Assembly: GCF_018350175.1 (NCBI RefSeq) | Contig: NC_058368.1 | Coordinates: 7,006,001-7,070,000 of the forward strand | Reading direction: 5' to 3' | DNA from: Felis catus | Taxonomy: Eukaryota | Length of the DNA: 64,000 bases | Shown: positions 22,944 through 34,608 of the stretch, piece after piece | Layout of the letters: each line of letters begins with the position of its first letter | Position numbering within the stretch: position 1 is the first letter of the stretch | Notes under the pieces: model-generated | What the model was told of the DNA's origin: nothing | Seen by the model: only the letters and a program-made list of their open reading frames with translations | Database searches by the model: none | Made by a program: the position numbers and the translations under genes

Positions 22944-24889
22944 ATGACAGCAACATTTTTAAGGAATTCAATTCCTCATCAGCGCCTCCCTCCCCACCTC
23001 GTAAATAGAATGCCACTTCTTTGGGGTTTGTTTGGTGTTTCCTCATGATCGGATCGAAGCTGTGAATCCCCCACTGGCGATGGAAAAAATGACATTATGT
23101 CCTTCCCAAAGTCTCGCAGCCGAGGGCACACGATGTCTGTCGCGCCTCAGTGGGGATGGTAATTTCCATCACTTGGACGTGGTGTTGACTGAGTCATCTA
23201 CTGTATAATGACTATCTTCAAACAAAATGTCTTTTTGAAGGCTCATATATGTTTGTCGTGTAACAAGTGATTTTCTAAACTACGCTCGCACACACGCACA
23301 CACACGCACGCACAGACACCACTGTGTACGTAATTCCTTTTCCCCTAAAATCTCTTCTTTGCAATGCCATGCACACAAGAGCTTGGCGGTTTGCAGACCC
23401 TGAGTCTGGGTTCAGGGTGGACTTGCAGAGGACAGAATCCTCCCAAGTGAGTTTCGTCAGAAAGGCGCCCCATAGAGGATACTAGCTTGCTTACAGAATC
23501 AGTGCCACATGGAAAGCGGCTTATGAATCGGGTCACACCCCGGGACAGGTCTTTCAGCCCTTGAAGAGCAGGCAGCCAGCCTCTAGCTTCATGATTGTAC
23601 ATCTAGGTCACCGTCAAAAGGCCACCGTGAACTTGGGCTGGTTCTCGTCACCCTGCCCCTGCTGCCTCCACGCCATCAAAATTGCTGCCGGGGGCCCTGC
23701 CTGTCTGGACCCCCGGGAGGCCAACCTCTGCTCACCGGGTGGCAGGAAAGCCCAGTGCCTCCGTGGCTGTGCTCACCAGTAGGTGCGGGGCTGGGGGGGG
23801 GGGGCAGCTGTCCGTTCGGAAGGAAACTTCTAAATATCAGAGGGCAGCTGGCTTTGAGGTGATCCTTCCAGCTCAGGCCTCAGGCAGCTTTGCTCTGGAT
23901 GCTACATGCATAGCTTTCGATTCTGCATTTCTCTCTAAATGCATTGTTTCAGGAGGGTAAGGCTAACAGGAAAAGCAACTACCAGGGTGGGTAGATAAAA
24001 GCATCCCTCGAGATTATGATGGCGCCGTGGGCCAGCAGGGGGGGACTGAAGAGCTCCAGTGCCGATCAGAAGGAGAGCCAAGGAGGGTGGAAGGCATTTG
24101 GCTCCGCATCCAGGGCCGGGTTTGGGCTGGGGTCACAGTTGTGGGGGCGTTTCCGGGGCTCTGGTATAGACAGCTCAATAGTGCAGGGGGGCAGGTGGGA
24201 GGTCATCAGACCAGGCAGGGATGGTCCTGAGGCCATTGCTGACAGAATTCCCAAGGGCCAGCCGCTCCCATTTTGGAAGTCTCCAGAACAGCTTTCGCTC
24301 CCCGTACCCCCCCCCCCCCGCCCCCCTCCATCTTTCACTCTCTGCACTTCCATCTGCCGGCAGGTCGGTGAGAAAGGGACTCACTCTGGCCATGTCACTC
24401 CCTGCGGGTAGCTGCCCACAGTTCCTGTGTGACCCAGCTCTCGGGGCTCACCATGGCCGTGGACACTTCTCCATGATGAGCGAATGGCTTTTCCTTGAAT
24501 GACTTTGGCTTTCCCGCAAGCAGCCAACGCGAATGTTTGAAGGGCACCGCGCCCTTAGTCCTCGCTGGCCTTCTCTTAAACGTTGCTGTTCCGCTAACCT
24601 AATTCCCGTCTTCCTTTCTAGAAGCTGAGCAGGCGTGCCGTCTATCCAACTCCATCGTGCTTGAAGGCGACGAGAGGCTGGAAGGAGGCACAGGTAGGTT
24701 CTAGCGGGGAACGTTCTCGGTCAGCTTCAGACGGGTTGAGTTTGAGGTGACTGGGTGACCCCATGAAGAGACAGATGCCCAGGAAGCAACTCTGTCTCCA
24801 GGTCTGCAGCTTGGGATGGGTCTGAACTGGAGGCAGTGACTGGCACTAAAAAGTCACCCATTAAAAAAAAAAATGCAGTGGATCCTAAC

Positions 24890-24903
24890 GTTACCATGGT
24901 AAC
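24890..24903. promoter_or_regulatory. RFX X-box motif (perfect palindrome)
   Basis: GTTACCATGGTAAC matches the RFX consensus GTTRCCATGGYAAC; binding not shown. Confidence 0.6.
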
Positions 24904-26214
24904 GGCTAGGCGGGCTCCAGTTTTAGCAGGTGGGGGTGGGCGGGGCAAGTCTGTGACCTCCGTTTGATGGGGGGCAGGGAGGGGGGGGAGCTGCCCTCTA
25001 GGGAGGCAGGTTCCAAGCCCGGCTATTTGATCCAGCCGCTTACCTTCACCGCCTGTAAATGCACGTGCAACCAAACCTCAACCACAAGCTGCAAGTTGGA
25101 GAAAGCATTGTTCTCAGGATTGATTTTGAACTTTCCGTGCCTCCACTTCCCACCAAACGCACTATAAGTGGGTAGTAAATATCCAACAGCAAAGCGATAG
25201 ATAACGGCGCGACCACACGCTCTGGGGGGAACATCACTCAGGCCCACCCGTCCGCTCTTTTCCCTCACCTCTCGGGACTGTTCGGCCGACGATCACCAAT
25301 ACCCGCGAGTCTGGGAAAGAAGGCTGAGTCATTACTGGCCCCTTGGCTGCTTCAGAGTCTCATCTGGGGAGAAACTCCTCGCGCAGCCATTATGTTCAAG
25401 ATGGGGAGGAGAAAGGAAATGGACAATTGGGAGGGATTGAAGAGATGCAAATTTCCCTTTGCTGGGAGCTGCTGCTGGATGAGGATGCCTCTTCACAGAG
25501 CATTTTCGTCCCGGTTAATTTGCTTTACTTTGGGGCCAAGAGAGAAGCGGATGTTGGCGGACAGGAAAACACACAGAGGCAAATGAGAGGAAGAGGAGGG
25601 AAAGAAAGAAAACCTCCTTGCTACGGGAAAGGCAAGTTACCGCTATTTCGTCAGCAAAATAAAGCTGCAAGAAATCACCGCGGGCGGAGATTCATAAGCC
25701 CTTATGGGAAGCCCAGGGGTCTCAAGGGAAGTGTGTCCCTGCAGGTGTCCAGGGTCCGCTGTCATGTGACTTCTGTCAGTAACCCGCACCTCTGCTGAGT
25801 CCATGGAAGAAGGAGTGTTTGGTAAATGACTACCCGACTCAGATAAGCCCCTCTCTTTGGCTAAAAGCCTGGAAGGATTAAAAAAGTTCCCTTTTCCTTT
25901 CACTGACTTGCTGTGGGCCAGGCGGGTGCTGGGCACGTTGCTTGGGTGCGTCAGGCTCCCAGTTCAAGCCCGCGTGGGGCATCCCCAGGATGGAGGGCTG
26001 TCTGACTTGCCTGCGCGACCCGTGGAGTGCCCTGTGGGGAGTCTGTTTGAGGAGGCTTCTGGAAAGAGGGCCTCCCAGAGGTGAGAGAGCTGCTGGCCAA
26101 GTTTGGAGCCTCTGGGAAGCCTTTCCTGACCTCACGGGTACCCAGTACCCCAAGACAGAGCGCCCTATGCGTCCTTGTCGGAGCATTTACTGCAGTGGCT
26201 TACAACTGTCCCCT

Positions 26215-26345
26215 ACCAGCCTGTGAGCAACACGAGGCCAGGGACTGCCCTGATTTTGTTCACCACTGTATCCCCAGGGCCCAGCATGATGCCTGGGGAA
26301 TTGTAGGTGCTAGAGTTGGAGTGGTTAAAACAGTGGATGGATGGG
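26215..26345 (+). mobile_element. L2 3' end
   Basis: ctgtgagcaacacgaggccagggac...ttcaccactgtatccccagggcccagca. Confidence 0.7.
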
Positions 26346-26929
26346 CTGGGGCTGGCCGGGGTTGGGCAGGGGGTGGTGGCGGGGAGGAGCAGGTCGGGTT
26401 CAAAGACCTTCTGGGATCCATCACCTGTCATCTGCCTGCCCACCCTGAACGTAGCCTCAGTGGAAGAGGCACAATGAAATGGCCAATGGAAGCGGAGAGA
26501 AGTGCCCCCTTGCCATCCAGAGCATGACCACAACAGGCTCCACCGGGCCCCAAGTTTAGGGGCCACGGGAGGTGGATCTGTGCCCTCACCAGCCTTGATC
26601 TTTGGGTTTCTTCTATGGCCTCAGTTTTGGGGGTCCTTGAGGCTTCGAGACCAGCACCCGTGGTCTACGTGTCCCATCCCACCAAAGTAGGCTAAGGCAG
26701 ATGCAAAGGCATGCCCGACACCATGGCTGGGGTGCCGTTCATGAGGACCTGAGGGTCCCTGCTGGGGCATGACCTGAGTCAGCTGGAAAAGCATTTGGTG
26801 GAGAGGGAAGGGCCACACAACTCATGCTTTGGAAATGCCAAGGGTTGTTGATTTAGGGGCTTACATAAGGCTTAGTCGGCATAGACCCAGACCTAGCATA
26901 ATTATCTCTAATGTGTCATCCGCCTTTTG

Positions 26930-27060
26930 AGGTAGGTTCTCTTTATTACCCTCATTTTGCTGGGGGAGGAAATGGAGCCGAGAAGGCCAGGTCGCTCGCC
27001 CTGAGTCAGAAGGCCGACGCCTGGCTCAGGGATCCGCGCTCGTCCCCCTACAGGCTGCCT
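26930..27060 (-). mobile_element. MIR fragment
   Basis: aggtaggt...ttattaccctcattttgc...gaggaaa. Confidence 0.55.
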
Positions 27061-29719
27061 CTTGTCAGGGGTGCTGGTGCACCTGCCCAGGTTCTGCGTG
27101 GCCTCGCGACCCCGAAAGACAACCTGGCTTGGGGGAGACATCCGGGAAGTGGAAGAGCCCACCCGGGAGGCAACCGCACCGGCCGAGAGATGTATCCTGG
27201 AACAGTAGGACCAGCCTTGCTGAGTGGTGGAAACTTGTCCCCAACAGCAGACAACGTCGGCTTGCCCGGGAACCGTAGCCTCCAGGCACAGTCTTGGTCA
27301 GCGGAGAGGACCTTGTAGCCAGGAAGGCAAGATAGGGCACCCGTCCCACCAGCCCAAGAAGATCTGTGCCAGCTCCTTGCACAGAAACGGGGACGCCAAG
27401 GAATGGTCTGAATAACTAATAAGCGCGCGGCTTCAGGTATTACGAACAGAAGCAATAAAGTGGATGCCTGGATGAGTTATCAGGGCGCAAAGAGGCAAAA
27501 ATCCAATTTAGGAGATGATGTCAAACAGAATAAATCCGAAGTAATTGGCATGCTGAGCATTAACCACCATAAAGGGAAACCGTAACGTATCTTGGTTAAA
27601 AAATACGCGGAAGATAAACACACGCCGACTTACCGGCTGGGGAAATAATAACGATTTTTCTAGAGAGAGCTGCAGTCAAGCCCTGTGCCATCAGCGTGAT
27701 GCATTTAATAAATATCTGCCGAGAGTCCTTGGGCTTTGCGTGTTCTCGATGCTCCCGGGCCGTGGGTGTGCCTCAGACGGCGCGCTGCTTGGCCGGTTGC
27801 CATCTAATCTCATGTTCATGCCGTCCGGCTTGAAAAAGCAAATAAGGTCCGAGGCGGTTAGGGGCAGGGGTGAACGAGACCTCTCTCACGGAAAGATGTG
27901 GGTTTGGAGGCCTGACCCCAACCTCTCAAGGACAGTGTCCCGGAGAGGTCTTTTGCGCCCGGATTGAACGCTGGGGTGAACGGAGGAAAAGCCAGGGTCA
28001 CTGCCAGACAAACCCAGACGCCGCGATCCGCGTTCGAGAACCGTCAGAGAGAGTGCCGCACACGGCCTCTGTGTGGGTGTCGTCATCACCTCAGTCTGGC
28101 AGCTGACAAAGCCGAGGCCCAGAGGAGGTAAGTAACTGGCCCAACGTGACCCCGCCAACGAATAGCAGAGCTGGGATGGACTGACCACTTCAATCCTCCT
28201 CCCGAGCGGGCAGGCTTCAAGGCTAAGTAACTGGGGAAACAGCTCTCGGTGGGTGCCCTTTAAGGCCACATCCTGTTCTGGAGTTTTCTTCGTGTTGGTG
28301 TTCTGTTTTGCCCAGAGAAGGAAATGATGCAGACACCCACCGACCGTACCTTCCAGGGCTCAGAGAGCATCCGTCTGACAAAGCACAGGCACGTGTCGAT
28401 GCAGACTGGTGTCACCGGTAGAGAGCGTCCGGGTGTGTGACAAGCCAACAGCACACGCTCAAACGGGACAGGCGGACAACCGATGGTTTACATGAGAAGC
28501 AGTGGCTGAGATTTGTCTCCTAAAAGAAAATCACTGGTCCAGAGGCGGGGAAGTCACACGGCCCGTGGCCCTGGCGGGGAGCACAGAGCTGTTACCGACG
28601 AGCTGGTTTAATCCTGGTCCGCCTGCATCTCCGGGTCCTGGCGCAGAGGACAGACAGGTTCCACATTCTGCTCTCTTGTTGCTGCTGTCTGCCTGTCGCC
28701 CGGAACCACCCGGCCCAAGGATGGCCACGACCCGGTTGTGAGGACGCTCAGATAGGGACCGGGAAGAGCTTCCACGCTCCGGAACGTCCTTACGTCACTC
28801 CAGTCAGGGTGGTTAGCTTGACATGTCATTCATTCATTCGTTCGTTCATTCATTCATTCCCCCAGCCCCTCCCCTCTTCATCACTCTCCATCCGCTCAGC
28901 GCTCACGGTCTACCAGGTGGCCGGCTGAGCCCCAGGGTGACACACAGAGATAGAACACAGCCCCTGTCTTCAAGCTGCTAACCGTCCAGAAAGGAGATAG
29001 ACTTGTTTAAAGAAAAAAGTAAGAAATGCAGTTCCGCGGGCTAAGTTGTGGCCGGGCGGCGCCTGGGAGCTGGGCTGGGGCTTTTCCAGGGAGAAGAGCC
29101 TCAGCCGAATCTTCCAGGTGGACGGGGGGCTTCCCAGGGGGGAGGGCAGACCGGGCAGGAAGGGGGGCAATTCAGTCGGGGGGAGAGGCACGGACATGAA
29201 ACCACTAATCCACTCATCCTTCTGGGAACCCGCCCCCCCCCCCCCCAGCTCCCAGTCTGGCCCACAATCCGAGACCCAACCCCCGGATTGTTTCCTGAAG
29301 GCTGGTTTGCACCCCGCCGCTCCCCGCGCCAACCCTTTCCTGGCTTAGGATGATTGGTGCCCAAGACTGTCTGTCACCTGAGACCCAGCCAGTGCTGGGC
29401 AGATTTCCTGCCACCCTCCCCCCCGCCCCCACCACCCCTGCCCAGCTAGCCTCTCCTTTAACCAGTGCAGGCCCCTGTAGACTCAGCCCAGGTGGGAAAG
29501 TCAAAGTTTCAGAGGCCGCAGACAGCAGTAAGGCGGGACATGGCAGAGGGGGTGACAGCAGCGTGCTCATGACAGCAGACTGCTGACCAAAGCCCTACCC
29601 CGGGAAGACTCAGCCTTGCCCAGGCGGGGCTCCCTCCCGACCGGCTCTTCCCTCCCATCCTTTCTCTATTCTTTCTTCAGCACTCACCTCCCGGGGAGAC
29701 CTCCTAAAATACTTCAGGG

Positions 29720-30230
29720 AACAAAAACATCCAAAGGGAACACAGTTGTCCAAAACCAGAGTCACCTTGCGTTTTCCAAATCAGTCCTTCCTTATCATTT
29801 TCCTGTCTCCGGGGACGGCCCTGCTACCCCCCCTTCCAGGCACCGAGGTCTACACCATACATTCCTCCCGCCTTGCGTCCCCTCAACCCTGACACACACA
29901 GAGCATCACGCTGCGGATTATTGTAGTTGGGAGGGACTTTGGGTGTCTCCTAATCCACCCGCCCGCAGACCGGGAATCTCCTTGCGACATTCCTGGATCC
30001 TTCCTGCTTCTCCCCATTGTAGCCCCACACGAGGGGTCTCATGCCTGTTCCGAGTGCAGTTCTGTTATCTTCTTCAACTTCCTGCTTGCACATCCCTTAA
30101 GTATTTTTTAGGCGACCTTCCCATGACTGTGACCAAGCTGGTTACCTCATTTTACTTTTATGATCCTTGCTAAAGCATAATTTTAATTCGATTAAATCCT
30201 GCTCGGAAGGCATTCCTCAAGCCTTCTAAG
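29720..30230 (+). mobile_element. L2 fragment
   Basis: Pyrimidine-rich L2 3' region similarity. Confidence 0.45.
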
Positions 30231-30254
30231 ACAGAAGCAATGTGACGTGACAAT

Positions 30255-30470
30255 GACAGTGGTGAGCATGAATTCGGAGTGAGGCAGCCTGTGGTCAGAT
30301 CCTGTCTCTACCCCTTACTGATGATGCAACCTCGGCCTTCTGTTTCCTCATCTGGGACCAGCGACCCCAATAACACTTACCACGCAGGGCTGTTATGAGG
30401 CTCAAGTCAGTTAATGCATGTAAAATCGTCAAGAACAGTACTAACAACCCGGTAACATTCAATAGATGTT
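30255..30470 (+). mobile_element. MIR
   Basis: tgtttcctcatctg...cagggctgttatgagg...ttaatgcatgtaaa. Confidence 0.75.
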
Positions 30471-30510
30471 TGTTTTGTTGTTGTTGTTGTTTAAAATTAT
30501 GTGCTATGAA

Positions 30511-30881
30511 GGGGCACTTGGGTGGCTCGGTCGGTTGAGTGTCCGACTTGGGCTCAGGTCATGATCTCATGGTTTGTGAGTTCAAGCCCCACATCGGGCT
30601 CTGTGCTGACAGCTCAGAACCCGCTTTGGATCCTCTGTCCCCTTCTCTCTGCCCCTCCCCCAACTGTGCTCTCTCAAAAATAAATAAACATTTAGGTGAC
30701 CCGGGTGGCTCAGTCGGTTGAGCATCTGACTGGGGCTCAGGTCATGATCTCACGGTCTGTGAGTTTGAGACTCAATCAGGTGCATTCCTGCCAGCAAAGA
30801 GCCCTGCTTTGGATCCTCTGTCCCCCTCTCTCTGCCCCTCCTTCTCTTAATTTCTCTCAAAAATAAATAAACAGTAAAAAA
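30511..30881 (+). mobile_element. Two head-to-tail CanSINEs (30511-30692, 30695-30881)
   Basis: Two heads, bodies and tails in tandem. Confidence 0.92.
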
Positions 30882-30999
30882 TCTATACATGATGATTACT
30901 GAAACTGAGTAATACATGCATGTGGGGCTGTTAAATTACTTTAGAAAACTGTGCATGTTTGCAATTTTCCATAATGAAATTAGAAGTTAAAATGTAATA

Positions 31000-31367
31000 T
31001 CATATACATATAATGGAATATTATTCAGCCTTTAAAAGGAAGTATCTCCTTTCCAGCATGGATGAGCCCGGACGACATGAACAAATTGAAAGGAGCCGGT
31101 CACCAAAAAACACTGTATGATTCCCCTTACACGAGGTACTGACAGGAGTCAAATTCATTGAGACGGAAGGTCGGAGGGTGGTTCCCAGGGGGCTCAGGGA
31201 AATGGAGAATTGTTGTTTAATGGGGACCGGGTTTCAGTTTTGCAAGATGAAAAGAGTTCTGGAGACCGGCGGTGGTGACGGTCGCACCACAGGCTGTGAA
31301 CTGTGAGGTTAAAAATGGCTAAGACGGTAAACTTTGTATTACGTGTGTTTTACCACACGCCAAAATA
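31000..31367 (+). mobile_element. L1MB-like 3' end
   Basis: aatggaatattattcagcc...gtttcagttttgcaagatgaaaagagttctggaga. Confidence 0.8.
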
Positions 31368-31590
31368 AATTTAACCCTTAATTAACAAATCTAATCAACG
31401 GAATTAATTTATTAATTTGATGGATACCCCCCATCGATACCTGGGGATACAAAAATAAACAAGACGGCACCTGCCATCCCTGAACTCTCAGTAAATAGGG
31501 GAGAAACACGGGTAAATCAATGCAGCTCTATGAATGAGAGGTGGAGCCCAAGCCACGGCAGTAGGTCAGCAGAGAATGTGGTTAACAGCA

Positions 31591-31591
<1 letters not shown>

Positions 31592-31621
<30 letters not shown>

Positions 31622-31622
31622 C
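31592..31622. repeat. (TG)n microsatellite
   Basis: Direct reading. Confidence 0.95.
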
Positions 31623-32362
31623 ACGCGTGCATGTGTCTGATGGGGGCGAATGTATCTCTTGTTCTGCACAAGGAGTGCATTAGCTGATTTATTAGCCTGC
31701 ATTCAGTTTGTACCCAGAAAAAAAAAACACCCTGCTTTGTCCTTGTTTCCACATGGGGTAGTTGATTTACTGGGCTCTGGGGTCAGAGTGTCTGGGGTCA
31801 GATAGTGACTGTGGTTCTTGGAGCTTCAGATCCCTTATCTGTACTGGGGCCACTAACAGAACCTAACTGATGGAGTCATAAAGTTACAAAGAGGTAATGT
31901 TTGCAAAGCATCAACAACGTGCTGGGCATGTTAAGGGCTCCGGTGATGCCTGCTTCTTCTCTTCCACCTAAATGCTTCTTACAGAAAACTCTTCTCTGTC
32001 AAGGACTCTGTGCTCAAACCTCACACCTCTTTACCCCCCCTCCCCCACCTCCAAGAAGCGGGCTTCAGCAAGGCTTTCACCAGGGGGCCAGAAGGGCCGA
32101 TTTCATTAACCTTCCCATTTTCGCATTCACTCCCACTCCTGGGGACACATGGCCGGTGTTGCTGGTGCCGAGGGGGCCTCCGGACACAAGGTGATATGAA
32201 AGGAGGAAAATCAAGGATTCATGTGCTTTTGGGAATGCAAGCTGGGGCAGCCGCTCTGGAAAACAGTATGGAGGTTCCCCCCAAAACTAAAAATAGAACC
32301 ACCCTACGACCCAGCAATTGCACTACTAGGCATTTATCCAAGGGATACAGGTGTGCTGTTTC

Positions 32363-32612
32363 TTTTTTCTTTTCTTTTCTTTTCTTTTCTTTTCTTTTCT
32401 TTTCTTTTCTTTTCTTTTCTTTTCTTTGGCAGAGAGAGACAGAGCATGAACGTGGGAGGGGCCCAGAGTTGGGGAGACACGGAATTCAAAGCAAGCTCCA
32501 GGCTCTGAGCTGTCAGCACGGAGCCCTGATGTGGGGCTCGAACTCCTGAACTGAGAGATCATGACCTGAGCTGAAGTCGGACGCTTAACTGACTGAGCCA
32601 CCCACGTGCCCC
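32363..32612 (-). mobile_element. CanSINE with (GAAAA)n tail, inside L1 ORF2
   Basis: Perfect 16-bp TSD acaggtgtgctgtttc. Confidence 0.96.
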
Positions 32613-33096
32613 ACAGGTGTGCTGTTTCGAAGGGACACAGGCACCCCAGTGTTTATAACAGCGCTATCGACAATAGCCAAAGTATGGAAAGAGCCCAAAT
32701 GTCCATCGATGGATGAATGGATAAAGAAGATGTGGTATATATATACAATGGAGTATTACTCGGCAATCAAAAAGAATGAAATCTTGCCATTTGCAACTAC
32801 GTGGATGGAACTGGAGGGTATTATGCTAAGTGAAATTAGTTGAAGACAAATATCATGTGACTTCACTCATATGAGGACTGTAAGACACAGAACAGATGAA
32901 CATAAGGGAAGGGAAAGAAAAATAATATAAAAACAGGGAGGGGGACAAAACAGAAGAGACTCTTAAATTTGGAGAACAAACAGAGGGTTACTGGAGGGGT
33001 TGTGGGTGGGGGGATGGGCTAAATGGGGAAGGGGCATTAAGGAATGTACTCCTGAAATCATTGTTGCACGATATGCTAATTTGGATGTAAATTTTA

Positions 33097-33319
33097 TTTT
33101 TATTTTTTTTTAATTTTTTTTCAACGTTTTTATTTATTTTTGGGACAGAGAGAGACAGAGCATGAACGGGGGAGGGGCAGAGAGAGAGGGAAACGCAGAA
33201 TCGGAAACAGGCTCCAAGCCATCAGCCCAGAGCCTGACGCGGGGCTCGAACTCACGGACCGTGAGATCGTGACCTGGCTGAAGTCGGATGCTTAACCGAC
33301 TGCGCCACCCAGGCGCCCC
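33097..33319 (-). mobile_element. Young CanSINE in L1 3' terminus
   Basis: Perfect 15-bp TSD tggatgtaaatttta. Confidence 0.96.
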
Positions 33320-33512
33320 TGGATGTAAATTTTAAAAAAGAAAAAAGAAAATAATAAAAAGAATTCATGTGCTTTGAAAAGGCAAAAGCAAGCCTGTGTT
33401 AATATTTGAGAGGGATGTGTTTCAGCTTTCCCTCTGGGGAAAGGGAAGAAGATGCGGATTCCAGGCTCCATTTTCTTGGGCGGAGGACCATGCCCCGCTT
33501 TTGTGAGTCTAC

Positions 33513-33531
33513 GCCGCCACCTGGTGGCGGC
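33513..33531. promoter_or_regulatory. Palindromic CTCF-like motif
   Basis: GCCGCCACC-T-GGTGGCGGC; minus strand reads CCACCAGGTGGCGGC, close to CTCF core CCASYAGRKGGCRS. Confidence 0.6.
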
Positions 33532-34573
33532 ATGCTCACACAGCCATCCATCTTGTCCTAGCCCAGACCATCCCTGAATTTGCAAGAATCTGCCCATGAT
33601 TACAAGACTAAACACAATATTGAATTTTCTTTCCCTGTAGGAAACCATTATCCCTGAAAAACTGTATTCATTCCTGTGCTTATGAGATTTTCATCTTGGG
33701 CGAAACGTTCTTTTCAGAAGGGGAAATTGCACTTGAACGCGTAAATCTGACGCCGTCTCCTACTCTTCCATATTATGCGGGGGTGGGGGGGGGTGCCCGT
33801 TTCTTTTTTATTTAAAAAATAAACCTTTTGGGATGATTCCTGCACGGGTATCCTTCATGCTTGAAGTCATTTCGTGCCCCACTGCAGGGGTGCTCTCCCA
33901 CCTCACATCTGTGCACCTGCTGGTCTTCTGGGAATGGTCTCCGCCTTCCTGCCTGGCCTCTCAGGGTCATTCCGAGCTGCACCAAACCAGGGGACCCCTT
34001 GCAATGCTAAGATTGTCACAAAATATTTACTGTCCCTTATAACGTCAGGAAGTATCTTTGTCTAGGTATTTCCTGGGCGTCTCCCTCCTAACTGCAGTTA
34101 GAGCATCATCGACCTTTCCTATTTCCATGACGGGTCCTGTCCTCCGCTCCACAACCGTGGGTTGAGTGATTAGTTTTCTCTTTCACAGCCGGACTCCTCT
34201 GTCAGCTCCGCAGCCCTCCCTGCCATCTGCTGGCTCAGGGACCAGGGAGCGAGAGCAGTGACAAAACACGTGATCTCCTTCAAACTGTTGTTTTGCAGGA
34301 AGCAGTGAGAGCATGGAGTACGTGGGTTGGCTTATCTCTCGAGAGATCGCGAACTTCGCGGTTAAGTCACGGAGCAGATGGTTCTGGATCAGTGAATGAG
34401 GCTGGGTCTCGCTTCTGCTGGGAGGACATTCACATCCCTTCTCAATAGCCTTTTCCAAGCGTTATCAGCCATCACTGGGCCTTTCCTGTCTCTAATACGG
34501 AGGGTGAGTGTGTGTGTTCCTAACAAAATGCCCTTCCTCCCCTCACCCTACACAGAGGGCGTGGCTCGTCAGG

Positions 34574-34576
34574 GCG

Positions 34577-34607
<31 letters not shown>
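34574..34607. repeat. (GC)n(CA)n compound microsatellite
   Basis: Direct reading. Confidence 0.95.

Positions 34608-34608
<1 letters not shown>

Larger units (their letters stand above)
22110..23220 (-). mobile_element. L1MC4-like 3' region with two SINE inserts
   Basis: tttacagaaaaactgcaaaaa...tacttcaatgtgttttccaagaacgaggatattc similarity. Confidence 0.65.
32230..33358 (+). mobile_element. Felid/carnivore L1 3' end with two nested SINEs
   Basis: ORF2p C-terminus WECKLGQPLWKTVWRF...WIKKMWYIYTMEYYSAIKKNE; TSD aag(g/a)attcatgtgcttt at 32213-32229 and 33359-33375. Confidence 0.93.

Noticed and set aside
32221..32843. Well-conserved protein-like ORFs
   Set aside because: L1 ORF2p C-terminus of a 5'-truncated, SINE-disrupted copy, not a host gene.
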